From positions 1-64,000 of the forward strand of contig CAZLEV010000006.1 in assembly GCA_964558645.1 (NCBI GenBank): 64,000 nt of DNA. Direction: 5' to 3'. The notes below the pieces were generated by a model that ran no database searches, was not told the DNA's origin, and saw nothing but the letters and a program-made list of their open reading frames with translations. How positions within the stretch are numbered: the first letter of the stretch is position 1; every line of letters begins with the position of its first letter. The position numbers were made by a program, and so were the translations under genes. Below are positions 50,383-59,868 of this stretch, piece by piece. The stretch is from an uncultured archaeon. Its GTDB lineage: Archaea > Asgardarchaeota > Thorarchaeia > Thorarchaeales > Thorarchaeaceae.

Positions 50383-51920
50383 CCGGAGTCAATCGCGCCA
50401 TGGAGAAGTTACAGGAATACAATGTGTACCAAAAAGACATGAGAAACGTTTCGGTGCTCTTTGGATTCTGTTATCCTTCAACCTATCGGGCGGGAATGAC
50501 AGGCCTTGCAACTCACCTCTTCTATTCGCTCCTCAATCTGAGAGAGGATACCTCCTGTGAGAGATACTTCAGATTCGATACAGAAAGTCCAGCGCAATCA
50601 GTGGAATCGGCCCGCCCTCTCCGGGACAACCATCTGGTTGGATTCTCGCTGACCTACGAAGAGGACATCTTGAATCTGGTGCAGATGCTGAGAGTCGGCG
50701 GAATTCCAGAGAGACGAGACGATCGTCGGCCTGAGGATCCAATCGTACTCCTTGGAGGACCTGTTGTCAGTGCAAATCCTGTTCCATACTCCATCATTGG
50801 CGATGCCCTGATGATCGGAGAGGGAGACATGGCTATTCATGACATCGTGAATTCGGTTCGAGACTCCAACAGTAGGAGCGACGCACTCGCTGCAATGACA
50901 TCAATAGGGGGGCTCTATCTGCCAGATATTGGGCCTCTTCTTGTTCAGAGAAGAATTCATTCAGACATAGACAACCTATTCTATCCCACAGCACAAGTGG
51001 TGCCGATGGTTGATTCGGAGTCGCAATATGAGCCGGTCTTCGGCCCATCTCTGTTGACAGAAGTGACCAGAGGGTGCGGGCATACCTGCAAGTTCTGCCT
51101 GATAGGCCATATCTGTAGACCGCGTCGTTCACGTTCTCTAAAGAGGCTTAAGGAGATTGTAGAAGCAGGCCTCGACCAGACCCCTGTTTCCAAAATTGCG
51201 CTAATCGGTTCCTCACTGGGGGATATGGCTCGACTTGAGGAATTCACAACATGGATTGTCGATAAAGGACTCGACTTGTCGGCCCCCTCACTCCGGGCAG
51301 ACTCGGTATCCGAGATTCTCTTGGATAATATGGTAAAGGGGGGGCAACGTACGCTCACTATCGCACCAGAGACTGGTTCGGAGCAGCTGCGGAACATGAT
51401 AGGCAAGGACATTACAGATGAAGATATCATGGATGCTGCAAGGCTTGCAGAGAGTGCCGGAGTCAGATTTCTCAAGCTGTATTTCATCATAGGATTGCCG
51501 GGTGAGAGTGACAAAGACGTCGCTGCCATAGCCAATTTGGTCCAAAGAATCACAAGTACAACAAGTGTGATTGTGACAGTAAGTGTGAATCCTTTTGTTC
51601 CAAAAGCAAACACTGCGTTCCAGAGGTCGCCACAGCCAGCGCTAGATGAAATACGTAGAAGATTGAAGATTGTGGATTCTGAACTAAGGAGGATACCGCG
51701 AGTGAATCTTGAAACACTCGACCCTAGGTCCGCTCGCATTCAAGCGGCTCTATCCTTGGGTGATGAATCGACAGGTGAAGTTGCCATTGCTGCATCCAAA
51801 TATGGAGGGTATTCGGGATGGCGAAGGGCGGAGAAGGAAACGGGGATCCGTTTCTTCTCCTTGGCGAGTGATGGGGATCGTCTGGAGGGTAGTCTCCCCT
51901 GGTCATTCATCCGAACCTAG
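50379..51920 (+). CDS. Radical SAM protein (COG1032/B12-binding-like)
   Basis: YPSTY..GM, RGCGHTCKFC, TIAPETG, KLYFIIGLPGE. Confidence 0.85.
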   Translation: MTGVNRAMEKLQEYNVYQKDMRNVSVLFGFCYPSTYRAGMTGLATHLFYSLLNLREDTSCERYFRFDTESPAQSVESARPLRDNHLVGFSLTYEEDILNLVQMLRVGGIPERRDDRRPEDPIVLLGGPVVSANPVPYSIIGDALMIGEGDMAIHDIVNSVRDSNSRSDALAAMTSIGGLYLPDIGPLLVQRRIHSDIDNLFYPTAQVVPMVDSESQYEPVFGPSLLTEVTRGCGHTCKFCLIGHICRPRRSRSLKRLKEIVEAGLDQTPVSKIALIGSSLGDMARLEEFTTWIVDKGLDLSAPSLRADSVSEILLDNMVKGGQRTLTIAPETGSEQLRNMIGKDITDEDIMDAARLAESAGVRFLKLYFIIGLPGESDKDVAAIANLVQRITSTTSVIVTVSVNPFVPKANTAFQRSPQPALDEIRRRLKIVDSELRRIPRVNLETLDPRSARIQAALSLGDESTGEVAIAASKYGGYSGWRRAEKETGIRFFSLASDGDRLEGSLPWSFIRT

Positions 51921-51986
51921 CGCCGGATTACCATCGGGATAGCTGTTATAAGCATCTGGGGGGAGTGTCCTTGTGAAAACGGACAT

Positions 51987-52358
51987 TTGAACCCAATTCA
52001 AGAACTGGTGTATTGGATGCCTATGAACAAAGACTTCGAAGATACATTCCCCGCATTGAGCAAGGAACTCCAGAACGGAGAAACTCAAAAGAAGAGGATA
52101 GATGGAGTGCGTCATAGTATGAAGGAAGAGGCGGATACGGATGGTGAAAAGACCTTCCTACCGGATGCCGTGGACTACATACGAAGATGTGATACCGCAT
52201 CTCAAGCTCGAGAGATCATAGACTACTTAGTCGAGCAGGGAGAGCTGTCCAGCTCTGATGCTCGAGAGATGAAGATGCAACTTAAGAGTGAGGGGCTTCG
52301 AAGTTTCGGCAGTAAGAAGGAGAAGGGACACTATCTCCGGTTCGGATTGGAAGAATAA
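51987..52358 (+). CDS. DUF2095 family protein
   Basis: FPAL.KEL, PDAVDYIRRCDT, GLRSFG.KKE.G.Y. Confidence 0.82.
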   Translation: MNPIQELVYWMPMNKDFEDTFPALSKELQNGETQKKRIDGVRHSMKEEADTDGEKTFLPDAVDYIRRCDTASQAREIIDYLVEQGELSSSDAREMKMQLKSEGLRSFGSKKEKGHYLRFGLEE

Positions 52359-52602
52359 AGCGGCCCTTAGACAGATTAGTCTTAGCAGGATATGTATTTT
52401 GAGAAGGGTAAGATTCCGATTCGGTACAACGCCGATAAGTTCCGCAACATAGAACTCCCAGTGGTGGCCATGCTGTCCTATAGATGTGCGACACTCTGAC
52501 ATCCAGGAGGGGCCATCCCATATCTAACCATAGTCACAACATATCTCCTAGAATCGGTGATTGTTCTCATCCCTTCAAACAGCAGGCATGAGAAGAAACA
52601 AG

Positions 52603-53124
52603 CTAGAGCCAGTGGGATATTTGAAAGAAGACAATGACCGGTGCGAGCAGCAGCGCTCTCACCATCAGTGACTGTCCTCTGTTCTTCAGCTCTCTGGAGG
52701 AGGGCGTAAAATAAAGAATAGCGCCCCCCAGTATTGCCACGGCAACCATGATTTGTGCCAGAAACAGTAGCAGGGCCACCAGATCTGTATCACTCATGCC
52801 GAGTAGTGATAACCACGCCTGGGTAGCTGTTTCCAGCGTGATACCGCTGATACCAGCAATTCCGGCAAATAGGGTAACAAGATAGGGGCCAATGAAGTAG
52901 AGGGCAACTCCGACTACAATCAATATCTTTGCCAGTGAATCACTCAGGGAGGAAACGAACACTATGAGCCCTGCAAGAATCAGAATGAAATACCCTCTGA
53001 TGGATAGTGCGTAAAGAACGTTGAATGCAAAAGCAACGATATCAAGCCAAGACTGGAGCTGTTCATCTGGAAACGGCATCTGCATCAGCGATGCCCAGAG
53101 TAAGACATCGTCCATTACATCCAC
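52603..53124 (-). CDS. Four-TM membrane protein resembling a tandem pilin-like duplication
   Basis: Two helix-loop-helix units; the second (GAILYFTP..ELKNRGQSLM) resembles ORF 1315-1566. Confidence 0.55.
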   Translation of the reverse strand: MDVMDDVLLWASLMQMPFPDEQLQSWLDIVAFAFNVLYALSIRGYFILILAGLIVFVSSLSDSLAKILIVVGVALYFIGPYLVTLFAGIAGISGITLETATQAWLSLLGMSDTDLVALLLFLAQIMVAVAILGGAILYFTPSSRELKNRGQSLMVRALLLAPVIVFFQISHWL

Positions 53125-53158
53125 GAAATTAAGTGACTATAGAGGAATATAACCACCG

Positions 53159-53710
53159 CTACTCAAGTTCCTCCATTAGAAGCTGAAAGTCCTTCTCAAT
53201 CTGTGACCTTATCTTCGGAAATCTGAGAGCTGCTGCAGGATGATATGTTATGAAGTAGGTATAACCATCTGCCTCATAGAAGCTACCGTGAGCATCAGAG
53301 ATCTTCCAAGGCCCTATCAGAGACGAGGTTGCTACACCTCCAAGTAATACAATGATATCAGGTTGAATTATCTCGATCTGTCTATCAAGGTACGGAATAC
53401 ATGCCTCGATTTCGTCCTTCCGGGGCGTTCTGTTCTTTGGAGGTCTAGACTTTAGAATAGATGTGATAAACACCTTCTCCCGAGGAAGTCCAATCTTGTT
53501 CAGTAAATCAGTGAGCAACTTACCAGAAGAACCGACGAAGGGACGGCCAGTCTCGTCCTCTCTCTTCCCTGGTGCCTCCCCCACAAGCATGACTTGAGCG
53601 TCTATAGGACCCTCTCCCGGGACTGCGTTATTTCGTGTCTTATGTAAGTCACACTTTGTGCAGTTCCTGATCTCTCTGTGTAGAATTTCAAGTGACTCCA
53701 GCCTGCTCAT
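53159..53710 (-). CDS. udg: Family 4 uracil-DNA glycosylase
   Basis: CTKC, GEAPG..ED.TG.PFVG, YHPAA.LR. Confidence 0.93.
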   Translation of the reverse strand: MSRLESLEILHREIRNCTKCDLHKTRNNAVPGEGPIDAQVMLVGEAPGKREDETGRPFVGSSGKLLTDLLNKIGLPREKVFITSILKSRPPKNRTPRKDEIEACIPYLDRQIEIIQPDIIVLLGGVATSSLIGPWKISDAHGSFYEADGYTYFITYHPAAALRFPKIRSQIEKDFQLLMEELE

Positions 53711-53828
53711 TATAGACCACATTGAGATAGGCTTTACGATTAAAAAGGACAACCAAACCGATACCAGCACGATTAGAGCTGAAGGGCCTGCTTACACTTG
53801 TACGAAATAGACCTTAAAAGCAGAATCA

Positions 53829-55508
53829 ATGAGTTCTCAGGTAGTAGTTCTAGGAGTTGCAGAAGACATGCGTATGCTACGAACCACTTCGGAAACCTTT
53901 CCGGCCGAGAAAGAAATGATGAGTGATATCCCATATGTACTTCGAGTGGAGTTTGGGGCCCTTGAAGAAGAGGCAGAGAGAATCATCGGCAGGCCGATAG
54001 TGTGTTACAAGTGTGGTGGTTTTCTCCTCAGTGTGGATCAGATAATTGAGGAGGACAAGGTCGGCAGGCATTTCATCTGTTCCTTTTGTGGAACACTAAA
54101 TGTTATTGAGGGGAAGATAATCACTGCAGGGGATAATACCGACTTCGTTGTCGAGCCCCCTCGTGAGGTCGCAGAATCTCAGAAAGAACCAGTAAAGCAA
54201 TTTGGAGGGAGCTTTCTCGCACTCATAGACGTTTCAGGTTCTATGGCAGGCGCCAACCTCGCTGCTGTCAAGAGGAGTCTCAGGACATCAGTTGAGAGCC
54301 TAGCTAAAAACGCGCCAAACACCATGTTCGGCCTGATTGAATTCGAGAGTGGAGTCTTATTCAGAGACCTCCATTCGGGTGGAAAAATAGCCCTCCCGCG
54401 TAACTCCTATGCCAGTTTTCACGAGATACAGAAAGAAACCAAGAAGCTGATGGACCAGATTAGATTTCTGAGTGTTGGCGAGAATTCAGACAAGATCAAG
54501 AAGCATCTCAATGCATTGCGTGATCAAGGAGGAACGGCTCTCGGCCCCGCTGTTGCCATGGGATATACTATTGCAAAACACCGAGATGTGGGTCGTGTTG
54601 TGCTGTTAACCGATGGGCTAGCCAATGAGGGCATAGGGGCGCTGGAAGGCTACCAAGTCACTCCCGCAGCCAACTTCTACGAAGAAGTAGGGCTTCAGTT
54701 CATGGAAAACGGTACTGCAGTCGATGTTGTAGGCATTGCGTCGGGCGCCGGGATGGAGCTCAAGACATTGGGCCTTCTTGCAGAGGCTACAGGCGGGCAG
54801 ATGTACTATGTTACACCTAACGAGCTTGACCAGAGTATAGCGGAGTTGGCAGGCAGTTCTCTCCTTGGTCGGGATGTGGAAGTGCGACTGATTACACCCA
54901 CCGGTGTCAAAGTGAAAGATGCATCAGGGGTTTCGCGCGCGATTATTGAAGAACTGAGAACCAAAGGCGAGAGCAAAATCGGAGCAGTTGGGGAGAATCA
55001 CGAACTCTATTTCGAGATTGAACCCGAAAGTAGAATTGAGGCGGAAGATGTGCCCATTCAGGTTCAGGTGACCTATACCGATGCAGAGGGGGCCCGAAGA
55101 GTTCGGGCAGTGACAACCATACTTAAGGTTGCAAGGGATAACAAGGAATTGCTGGAAACCCTTGACCCCACCATAGGTGCAACGTTTGTGACTCAAAAAG
55201 CAGGAGAAGAGTCTTTCAGAGGGAATCGAGAGGGGGGGAAGAAACGTATTGCGTCTTTCAGAGCAGCAATGAATAAACAGGCCAAGTCAGCGCCAGGGCC
55301 AATTCAGAATCGGATGAATGAGATAGACAATGTCTTGGCTGAGGAAGAGGGTGAAATGGAGCGTTTGGATGATATGATGAAAGCTGCACCCGCTTCGGCG
55401 CCATCTACAGCAGCCGATCAGGCATACACCTCAGGACTTCAGCAGATGCGTCGTAGTTCGAAGCAGATGTTCGGCAAGAATAAGGCCGACGAAGAGGAAG
55501 AGGAGTAG
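53829..55508 (+). CDS. Sec23/Sec24-like protein (Zn finger, vWA trunk, beta-sandwich, helical region)
   Basis: CYKC..FICSFCGTLN; DVSGSM, GTALGPA, TDGLAN, LAEATGG; IQVQVTYTD.EG.RRVRAVT. Confidence 0.82.
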   Translation: MSSQVVVLGVAEDMRMLRTTSETFPAEKEMMSDIPYVLRVEFGALEEEAERIIGRPIVCYKCGGFLLSVDQIIEEDKVGRHFICSFCGTLNVIEGKIITAGDNTDFVVEPPREVAESQKEPVKQFGGSFLALIDVSGSMAGANLAAVKRSLRTSVESLAKNAPNTMFGLIEFESGVLFRDLHSGGKIALPRNSYASFHEIQKETKKLMDQIRFLSVGENSDKIKKHLNALRDQGGTALGPAVAMGYTIAKHRDVGRVVLLTDGLANEGIGALEGYQVTPAANFYEEVGLQFMENGTAVDVVGIASGAGMELKTLGLLAEATGGQMYYVTPNELDQSIAELAGSSLLGRDVEVRLITPTGVKVKDASGVSRAIIEELRTKGESKIGAVGENHELYFEIEPESRIEAEDVPIQVQVTYTDAEGARRVRAVTTILKVARDNKELLETLDPTIGATFVTQKAGEESFRGNREGGKKRIASFRAAMNKQAKSAPGPIQNRMNEIDNVLAEEEGEMERLDDMMKAAPASAPSTAADQAYTSGLQQMRRSSKQMFGKNKADEEEEE

Positions 55509-55677
55509 CACTAAACAGACGGCCGTTTGTTCATCTTTCGCCTGTCTGTGGGAGAAACATGATTCCCACAGAATGCGCAAAAGAGATATGCATGAGGGGA
55601 CACACTGCCACAACTCTCAAATACCCAAGAGCGACCTAGAAACTGCTGACGCACTATCTAACAGTGGGGATTCACGG

Positions 55678-55968
55678 TTGATTAGCCAAGAGCGACTTGA
55701 TGCAATTCTAGCAGATCTTACAGCCCAGGAGGGCGTTAGAGGAGTCGTAGTCACAACCATGGAAGGTCTACCATTGAGCAGTGATCTTCCACCTGAAACC
55801 ACTGAAGCCGTCGCTGCAATACTGACCTCTCTGGTAGGTAAGGCACTTGATGCAGTTCGAGAGCTTAAGGAGGGGTCTTTGTCGTTCCTGACCCTCGATA
55901 CAACCGAGGGACAGATAAACATCGCACCGGATGTTAAGGAGGGCCTCATATTAGTAGTCCTCAAATAG
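55678..55968 (+). CDS. Roadblock/LC7 domain protein
   Basis: GVRGVVVTTMEGLPLSS..AVAA. Confidence 0.9.
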   Translation: MISQERLDAILADLTAQEGVRGVVVTTMEGLPLSSDLPPETTEAVAAILTSLVGKALDAVRELKEGSLSFLTLDTTEGQINIAPDVKEGLILVVLK

Positions 55969-55993
55969 GAAGGTATCCAAGAGGTACACCATC

Positions 55994-56461
55994 ATGAGCG
56001 ATCCGAAAGCCTTTGACAAGATACTCACGGAGATTATTCGGCAAGATAAGGGAATCAAGAAAGTGATTCTTGTCGATAAGACTGGGCTGACAATAGCCAA
56101 TGTGAGCAAGTTGAGTTACTACCCTGTGGATGTGGACAGTATCGGTGCAATTGCGAGTGCCGTGTTTTGTGCTAGTGAAGAACAGGGTAAGAACCTGCAA
56201 ATAGGAGAGCTTGAGATTGTGACATCCGAGTTCTCGGAGGGGAAGATTTTCGCCTCGGCCTGTGGTAAGGGAGTTCTCTGTGTGGTATCAGAGGCAGAGG
56301 TCAATATCGGCCTCATTCGTCTGGTAATGAAGAAACAGGGTAAGCAACTGGCAGACGAACTGGACAAGTTCCTCGCAGTGGAACCAATGGCACCCAGCAA
56401 GGATCGCGAGCTTGACGAGGAAGACCTCAAGTCCGCCTTGGCCGAACTCGAGAGAGTTTAG
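55994..56461 (+). CDS. Roadblock/LC7 (MglB-like) protein with acidic C-terminal helix
   Basis: VILVDKTGLTIA, IGAIAS, NIGLIRL. Confidence 0.9.
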   Translation: MSDPKAFDKILTEIIRQDKGIKKVILVDKTGLTIANVSKLSYYPVDVDSIGAIASAVFCASEEQGKNLQIGELEIVTSEFSEGKIFASACGKGVLCVVSEAEVNIGLIRLVMKKQGKQLADELDKFLAVEPMAPSKDRELDEEDLKSALAELERV

Positions 56462-56730
56462 GTTCACATGTTCATGTCCGTGATCACTGGTACTCCCTTG
56501 ATATGTGGACCCCCAGTTCCAAAACCGGGAAAGGTCTTCCAAGCAGGGGTTGATTTCTTGGCGGGCCACACGACGGACAAAGGCTTTTATGAGACTAAAC
56601 TTCTATCACCTTCAACCTCCCGAGGCTAGGCCCGAAACTCGTGAGGATACTCTGACCTTTGTGGGTCGCCCCTGATGCAATTGCATCCGGCAAGTTGGAT
56701 CCTCTGGGTCTCATCGAACACGGGTAAGCA

Positions 56731-57315
56731 GTGAATCTACGAGGTGTTCCAGTGAGAAAGGACGACAAAGGGCGAATACATCTGAAGCTGGTATTCTATG
56801 GTCCAAGCTTAGGTGGAAAGACGACCGCTCTTCGCTGGCTTTATGGAAAAGTGGAAGGTTTACAGAAAGGAGAGTTCACTGCGATCGAGGATGAAACAAA
56901 CCGAACTCTGTTCTTCGACTATGTGCCAATGAGTGCAGGAGGGCGGGTCTTATTCGACGTTTTCACTGTTGCTGGTCAGAAACGGCACAGGCATCAACGA
57001 AAGGTGGTTTTACAGGGTACCGACGGAATTCTGTTTGTTGCAGACTCTTCACCCGATCAACGTGATGAGAATACGGAGAGTTTCGAAGAACTCAAGCTCT
57101 TTCTAGGGGATGCCTTGGGCCGGGAGATTCCCATTGTTGTGATGTTGAACAAACGAGACCTTCCCAACCGCATGTCGCGTGATGAGATGCTCGATCTACT
57201 GGGTCTGGGAGGCAATGTGCCCATTTATGAAACGATTGCTATCCAAGGCGTAGGAGTTAAGAGAGCATTTCAGGCTATAGCACGAGAAGTAATCCTCAAA
57301 AGGATGTACAAGTAG
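56731..57315 (+). CDS. MglA-type small GTPase
   Basis: G1 GPSLGGKTT, RTLFFD, G3 TVAGQ, G4 NKRD. Confidence 0.92.
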   Translation: MNLRGVPVRKDDKGRIHLKLVFYGPSLGGKTTALRWLYGKVEGLQKGEFTAIEDETNRTLFFDYVPMSAGGRVLFDVFTVAGQKRHRHQRKVVLQGTDGILFVADSSPDQRDENTESFEELKLFLGDALGREIPIVVMLNKRDLPNRMSRDEMLDLLGLGGNVPIYETIAIQGVGVKRAFQAIAREVILKRMYK

Positions 57316-57331
57316 AGCCAGGTGAACTGAT

Positions 57332-57703
57332 ATGAGTGAATCCCGTGGAGAAACCCTCGAAGGTGTTCTAAATGAGCTACAGGGTAGTATCCCTGAGATT
57401 GAGGCCTGTGCCATTGTTAGTGTAGAGGGGTTGCCAATCGTGTCAGCCCTGCCCGCAGATGTTGATGAGGCAAAATTAGCTGCGATAACGGCTGCGATGC
57501 TAACTCTTGGTGAGAAGGCTGCAGTTGAACTAGGAAAGGGTGAGCTCGAACAGGTCAATGTAAAGGGCAGGGAAGGGTGGGTTCTTGTCATTCAGGCGGG
57601 TATGAACGCCTGTCTTACAGTTTCAACAACAGGCACCGCCAAACTTGGTCTTGTATTTCTTGATATGAAACGAGCAGCAGAGAAAGTCGCGATGATGATA
57701 TAG
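57332..57703 (+). CDS. Roadblock/LC7 domain protein
   Basis: AIVSVEGLPIVSAL, LAAITAAML.LGE, AKLGLVFLDM. Confidence 0.92.
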   Translation: MSESRGETLEGVLNELQGSIPEIEACAIVSVEGLPIVSALPADVDEAKLAAITAAMLTLGEKAAVELGKGELEQVNVKGREGWVLVIQAGMNACLTVSTTGTAKLGLVFLDMKRAAEKVAMMI

Positions 57704-57767
57704 GACCGGATTTCTTCTATCACCAACTCTTTTAGGGTACCAGGGATTTTCTTGTGTACACGAGAGA

Positions 57768-58547
57768 GTGTGTTGCTCAGTGAATATCACAGGCCCCATG
57801 TACCGACTCTATGAGTATGTACTGAACAGACAGCTCAGTCGAGATAGAGCTCCAAAACATGTAGGAATAATACTGGATGGAAACAGACGATATGCTCGAG
57901 AACATGGCCATGATGTCCCATGGTTTGGACACCGCAAGGGTGCTCAAAAAGTCATGGACGTTCTCCGAATCTTGTGGGAAGCGGGCGTTAAAATCTGCAC
58001 ACTCTATGCCTTCTCTGTTGAGAACTTCCAGAGAAACAAACATGAGGTTTCTGAAATAATGGAGATTGCCAAGGAGAAATTTGCAGAGGTTGTAGATAAT
58101 CCAGACATTCACCGCCACAGAGTACAGATAAGGGCCATTGGCCGTGTGGATCTCCTACCAGCTGACGTGCAGCGGGCAATAGCTGCTGCCGAAGGAGAAA
58201 CCGCGGACTATGAGGAACATATTCTGAACGTTGCGATAGGCTATTCGGGTAGGGCTGAAGTAGTCGATGCAGTTCAAGCAATTGGAGCGAAGATTCAAGA
58301 TGGAGATCTTGCGCCATCAGAAGTGAACGAACATATTATCGAACAGCACCTCTACACATATGGCGTCCCAGACCCTGATTTGATAATCCGGACTTCAGGC
58401 GAAGAACGTCTCTCAGGGTTTCTACTCTGGCAGTCCGCCTATTCCGAGCTGTACTTTGCTCAAGTCTATTGGCCGGCGGTTCGAAGGATTGACATCTGGC
58501 GAGCTCTACGATCATATGAGCGAAGATCGAGAAGGTACGGAAAATAG
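57768..58547 (+). CDS. uppS: cis-prenyltransferase (polyprenyl diphosphate synthase)
   Basis: ILDGNRR, FSVENFQR, IRTSGEERLSGFLLWQ. Confidence 0.96.
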   Translation: MCCSVNITGPMYRLYEYVLNRQLSRDRAPKHVGIILDGNRRYAREHGHDVPWFGHRKGAQKVMDVLRILWEAGVKICTLYAFSVENFQRNKHEVSEIMEIAKEKFAEVVDNPDIHRHRVQIRAIGRVDLLPADVQRAIAAAEGETADYEEHILNVAIGYSGRAEVVDAVQAIGAKIQDGDLAPSEVNEHIIEQHLYTYGVPDPDLIIRTSGEERLSGFLLWQSAYSELYFAQVYWPAVRRIDIWRALRSYERRSRRYGK

Positions 58548-58632
58548 GGAGTTGCATTGTCTTTCCGTTCTGGTTACACAGCGGTTTATATGTCCCATCT
58601 AATGAGGTTCTACCAGTCAGTCACTATGCGGC

Positions 58633-59868
58633 ATGATGCTTCCCGCACTTCAAGGAGAAGAAGTGGAATTGACACGAAACCCACTTGAAACATATCAAGG
58701 ACTTATCACGAGTACTCTGACCGACGAGATCCAATCATATATCTTAAAGGTCGTTGAGAGATATTCGGATGCCACCTTTGCTGATGAGAAGTTCTCCGTT
58801 CACTTGGGGCGTTTCGTGGAGCTTGTCTGTCGACTTATTTCGAACCTGAACAACCGGAAGGAGGCGACTCTGACTGATCTTATGCAAGCTGTTGACATTC
58901 TAGATTATTTTGCATCCACAACTCGATGGTGGAATATGACACGTTCATCGCCCGGGATAATTCTCCGGCCTGCAACACGAGAGCCACGTGAATTCATAAA
59001 GTCGGTTCCATCGGTGCGGCTAGGTAGTGAAACCATCAGCAGGATACAAGGTGCGTCAGACCGTCTTTCGTCATTTCTGAATGAGCACGAGATTGCCGGT
59101 TCGGATACCAGAGATCATCTACAACGTTCTATGGTGTCAGCATGGACCATCCTCAGTGCATTCTGCTGCAAGAGTCAAGGGCGCAATGTGTCTTCCGAAG
59201 TAGATTTCGAAACCGCATACGACATCCTCAGGATACTCCTCTTCCACACACCCCGCGTTGATTTTGTTGCACTAAGCGCGATTAGGAATATCGCCACCAG
59301 TTCTCGACTTCCGAAGATTGCTGACGTTGCCTTTTCACCCGGCTTTGAGAAGAAACTCGATTCATCGATAGCTGCGAAGCTGGAGGCAGCCCATGGTGAA
59401 TACCTCGGGGATGCAGGCGATACAGTCCCCAGAGTATCTCGTGCCATCTTGACAAACTCAATCAGATTGCTTGCACAGATTGAGAGTGTGAATATAGGTA
59501 TCAATAGAATAGAAGAGGACGACTATGATAGAGTGACCATGGGGGCCCTCAGCCTACTGGAGAAGGTCCGCATTGACCCGGAGATATTTCACGATGAAAA
59601 CGTTGTGGTTGGACTTTTCAAGAGGCTTACACCTGCAGAAGAGGACATTGGCGAGGGGCTGGCACTACTCACACGAAAACTGGAGAGTCTGATTGTTGAC
59701 TCCACAGGCAATCGCAATTTCCTGCTCCAACACGCAAGAGTGGTACCTCGACTAATTGCTTTGCTTCTTTTGATCTCGAGCGGCACCAAGTCACCCGAGG
59801 ATGATGGACTAAGAGATATCGATTTGAAGAGAGGTTTGATTCTGTTAGAGAACCTGATCAGTGATTAG
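58633..59868 (+). CDS. Hypothetical protein with four AAA-lid-like repeats
   Basis: Recurrent helix-loop-D-helix units; no Walker motifs. Confidence 0.55.
   Translation: MMLPALQGEEVELTRNPLETYQGLITSTLTDEIQSYILKVVERYSDATFADEKFSVHLGRFVELVCRLISNLNNRKEATLTDLMQAVDILDYFASTTRWWNMTRSSPGIILRPATREPREFIKSVPSVRLGSETISRIQGASDRLSSFLNEHEIAGSDTRDHLQRSMVSAWTILSAFCCKSQGRNVSSEVDFETAYDILRILLFHTPRVDFVALSAIRNIATSSRLPKIADVAFSPGFEKKLDSSIAAKLEAAHGEYLGDAGDTVPRVSRAILTNSIRLLAQIESVNIGINRIEEDDYDRVTMGALSLLEKVRIDPEIFHDENVVVGLFKRLTPAEEDIGEGLALLTRKLESLIVDSTGNRNFLLQHARVVPRLIALLLLISSGTKSPEDDGLRDIDLKRGLILLENLISD

Noticed and set aside
50981-51739. Long antisense ORFs (also 27014-27553, 31904-32455 and others)
   Set aside because: Shadows of well-supported genes on the opposite strand
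52227-52600. Short minus-strand ORFs between the DUF2095 and membrane-protein genes
   Set aside because: No recognisable motifs, and they overlap the DUF2095 gene; likely spurious
56620-56690. Hammerhead-like words (CGAAAC, CTGATG)
   Set aside because: The CUGANGA core is incomplete and the stems do not form the junction
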